DNA of 31,501 nt from NCBI GenBank assembly GCA_964575375.1, contig CAZNQI010000001.1, positions 1 to 31,501 of the forward strand, in the 5' to 3' direction. Positions 29,641 to 31,501 of the stretch are shown one piece after another. The notes beneath the pieces are model-generated. The model was given only the letters and a program-made list of their open reading frames with translations, had not been told where the DNA came from and did no database searches. Made by a program: the position numbers and the translations under genes. The number at the start of each line of letters is the position of its first letter. The stretch's first letter is position 1. This DNA is from an uncultured Faecalibacterium sp. GTDB taxonomy: Bacteria > Bacillota > Clostridia > Oscillospirales > Acutalibacteraceae.

Positions 29641-29673
29641 TATCAGCTAAAACTGATGTTAAATAACCAACTT

Positions 29674-29701
29674 AAAGCCCCGTCGTATGACGGGGCTTTT
29701 T
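29674..29701 (+). terminator. Rho-independent terminator of the giant gene
   Basis: AAAGCCCCGTC-GTAT-GACGGGGCTTT is a perfect 11-bp inverted repeat running into TTTTT, 33 nt after the stop codon. Confidence 0.9.
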
Positions 29702-29882
29702 GCGTGAATTGTATTTAGAAATAAAGATTTAAGTAGGTAAAAGCAGAAAGAAAGCTTGTTTTGTTCCGGTACTGAAAGTAAACGAGCCTTATTAAAGCTT
29801 TTTTTTACAGCAAAGTTGAAAAAGAAAGGGACTGAAAAAACATAAGAGCTTTGAAACCTTTTTATAGAGGAAATTTTATATG

Positions 29883-29931
29883 ATAAAAACCATTGTAAAA
29901 GCCGAAAATTCAGCTGATACAATGGTTTTAT
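29883..29931 (-). terminator. Long hairpin, probable terminator of the YabE-like gene
   Basis: Perfect 12-bp outer stem AAAACCATTGTA (29886-29897) / TACAATGGTTTT (29918-29929). The inner stem pairs fully only on the minus strand (AGCUGAA/UUCGGCU with a G-U pair), and the minus-strand RNA ends in UUUUUAU. It lies about 120 nt past the stop of the minus-strand gene. Confidence 0.55.
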
Positions 29932-30050
29932 GTTTTTAAGGCTTTGTACCGATAGAATGAGGAACTGTCGGAAAATTCGCAAAGTCCGACGCAACTTATT
30001 ATAATTACTTATCTTTAAAATCCACCACAAATTAGGAAATGGCTATTATT

Positions 30051-31388
30051 TTATCCCCACTCTAAAATATAAATGTCAACACTTCGTCTGCCGAATTGGA
30101 TACAGTCAGTGTAGGAGTGCATATATAAATCGACCGTTGCACTGCCTTGACGTGCAAAACCACCTGTATCGCTTGCAACGCTGTAGCCGTAACAGTACTT
30201 TCCGTCAGAGGAGACAATGTACATTTTTGTTCCGTAAGGAATTTGCTTTGGGTTAACAGCTACTCTGCCGGGCATTGCGGCGGCACCTGTTGAAGTAATA
30301 CCACCGCCACAATATGCAGTTGCGGTACCTGTTATTCTTTTTATATATGTTGTCGGTCTGTTTGTGCTGTCAAGCTCAATTTCAAACGGCGGAGTCAGCT
30401 CTGAAAATACTCTTGTACCGTAAACATAGTTTAGAGGTCTTTCTTTTGTACCCTTTACTACAACCTTGTCTACCTTTTCCTTTATTACTTTAGTTTTATA
30501 AACGGTTGTGTCTGAAAGCTTGCCGTCAATATATTTTTCGGTGTAATACTCCTTGATTTTGCCATCCTTACCTTTTGTTTTAATCTTGCTTTGGTCGGTA
30601 TACATTTCATCCGAATATTCTGTTATTGTTTCGTATGTAGTTTTAACGGTTCTGGTTTTGTTTTTTAATGTAACTCTTTTAAGAACTATCTTTGTTTTTT
30701 CGGATATTTTTTCATCAACGGAAGGTGTAATCTCGTCATCTTCATCGAAATTTATACCATTGAGCTTTAAAATATTTTCAACAGTATTTGATGTTGTTTT
30801 AACCTTCTTTGTCTCTGCGTCTGCAACAATGGTTACAGTGAAAGCGCTTTCGATTTTGATTTGTATATCGCTTGTGATGATACTGCTTTTACTAAAGTTG
30901 ATTTTGTCGTCGTCTGATAGCTTAATTCCGGCAATATCTAAAGCATCACCTACGGTTCCTGTTACCGAAACACTTTTTTTAAGCTCTCCGTCAACATAAA
31001 TTAAAACATTTTGTTGCTTTGCAATAAATATGCTGTTTCTGTTTTCATCCTCACTAAAAAAGTCAAGGACAAGCTTGTCGTCTTCGTTTAATTTGAATTT
31101 TGACTTTTCCACGACTTCTTCGGCACTTGAATTGAAAGTCATAACTGTATCATATTCGTTACCGCAAAAAACTCTCGTTATATTAATTGTATTATAAAAA
31201 ACGAAGAAGGTTAAAGCGAAAACTGCCGGAACAATAAACAGTACCTTAAAAATCAAAAGCAGAGGTTTCTTATTTTTCTTTTCGCTTGAATATTTCGGTT
31301 TTCTGAAAATATAGGTTTGTTCATCACACCACAAAGCAAAGGACAATAAACGTTCTTTTGTTTTGTCGTCTAACTGTATTTTAATCAC
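30051..31388 (-). CDS. yabE: YabE-like membrane-anchored cell-wall remodelling protein (TM + 3x DUF348 + G5 + 3D domain)
   Basis: TM segment LLLIFKVLFIVPAVFALTFFVFY. Three DUF348-like units (e.g. TVGDALDIAGIKLSDDDKI, TVENILKLNGINFDEDDEI). G5-like segment (GKDGKIKEYY...DG...VVVKGTK). C-terminal 3D domain (ATAY...TSTG...VAVNPKQIPYGT...ASDTGG...VDLYM...FGRR). The symbol rests on domain architecture only, so it may be a paralogue, and the start codon is uncertain. Confidence 0.88.
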   Translation of the reverse strand: MIKIQLDDKTKERLLSFALWCDEQTYIFRKPKYSSEKKNKKPLLLIFKVLFIVPAVFALTFFVFYNTINITRVFCGNEYDTVMTFNSSAEEVVEKSKFKLNEDDKLVLDFFSEDENRNSIFIAKQQNVLIYVDGELKKSVSVTGTVGDALDIAGIKLSDDDKINFSKSSIITSDIQIKIESAFTVTIVADAETKKVKTTSNTVENILKLNGINFDEDDEITPSVDEKISEKTKIVLKRVTLKNKTRTVKTTYETITEYSDEMYTDQSKIKTKGKDGKIKEYYTEKYIDGKLSDTTVYKTKVIKEKVDKVVVKGTKERPLNYVYGTRVFSELTPPFEIELDSTNRPTTYIKRITGTATAYCGGGITSTGAAAMPGRVAVNPKQIPYGTKMYIVSSDGKYCYGYSVASDTGGFARQGSATVDLYMHSYTDCIQFGRRSVDIYILEWG

Positions 31389-31409
31389 TTCCTTTTCTTT
31401 TCAAAGGCT

Positions 31410-31438
31410 ATTATACTAAATTGATATAATAAAGTCAA
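31410..31438 (-). promoter_or_regulatory. Sigma-A/sigma-70 promoter of the YabE-like gene
   Basis: Minus strand reads TTGACT (31438-31433), a 17-nt spacer, then TATAAT (31415-31410), ending 21 nt upstream of the annotated GTG. Confidence 0.8.
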
Positions 31439-31501
31439 TTTAATTTGGCTGTGTACCGATTTATGGTTGATTTACCCCTCTGTCTCGTCGTCGCAAGCTC
31501 C

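Noticed and set aside
455..29650. About 100 short ORFs in alternative + frames and on the minus strand within the giant gene, the longest 258 aa (20755..21531, minus)
   Set aside because: They are shadows of the host gene's codon bias, with unnatural compositions (Ser/Arg/Ile-, Leu/Gln- or Cys-rich) and no recognisable domains.
29659..30030. 123-aa minus-strand ORF in the intergenic region
   Set aside because: It runs through both terminator hairpins, has an AT-rich Phe/Leu/Lys composition and no recognisable domain.
30553..30999. 148-aa plus-strand ORF
   Set aside because: Antisense shadow of the YabE-like gene.
31389..31501. Riboswitch (e.g. c-di-AMP/ydaO) upstream of the cell-wall gene, or a palindromic repeat at the GC-rich window end (31475-31501)
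   Set aside because: The promoter leaves too short a leader for a riboswitch. The terminal GC-rich stretch is cut by the window edge and cannot be classified.

Overview
The window is almost entirely one uninterrupted + strand ORF (1..29640, at least 9879 aa, roughly 1 MDa by average residue mass). It encodes a secreted, very acidic, Leu/Ile/Val-rich giant protein that I cannot assign to any named family. Its start codon probably lies just upstream of the window. Its parts are: a signal-peptide h/c-region; a non-repetitive head of about 780 aa with one Cys/His cluster; 15 divergent tandem modules of about 460-830 aa (hallmarks 'AIxxLDxLI', 'TWxxV...WG', 'GxxGYxxAIIPLLEALG', 'PxxxLLxLLPNLAYF'); and a basic amphipathic C-terminal helix instead of LPxTG, SLH or dockerin. 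Acidic, Thr/Tyr-rich inserts of very variable size sit at fixed positions in the modules. The C-terminal modules form an A/B super-repeat with anchor spacings of 1023, 1024 and 1023 aa. A 38-codon patch (3808..3921) departs sharply from the gene's otherwise strong codon bias. An intrinsic terminator follows the gene. Convergent to it is a YabE-like gene (TM-DUF348x3-G5-3D, 31388..30051) with a near-consensus sigma-A promoter and its own hairpin terminator. I saw no mobile element, CRISPR array, tRNA or rRNA. The host is probably a Gram-positive Clostridia (Oscillospirales-like) bacterium, which is inference from gene style only.
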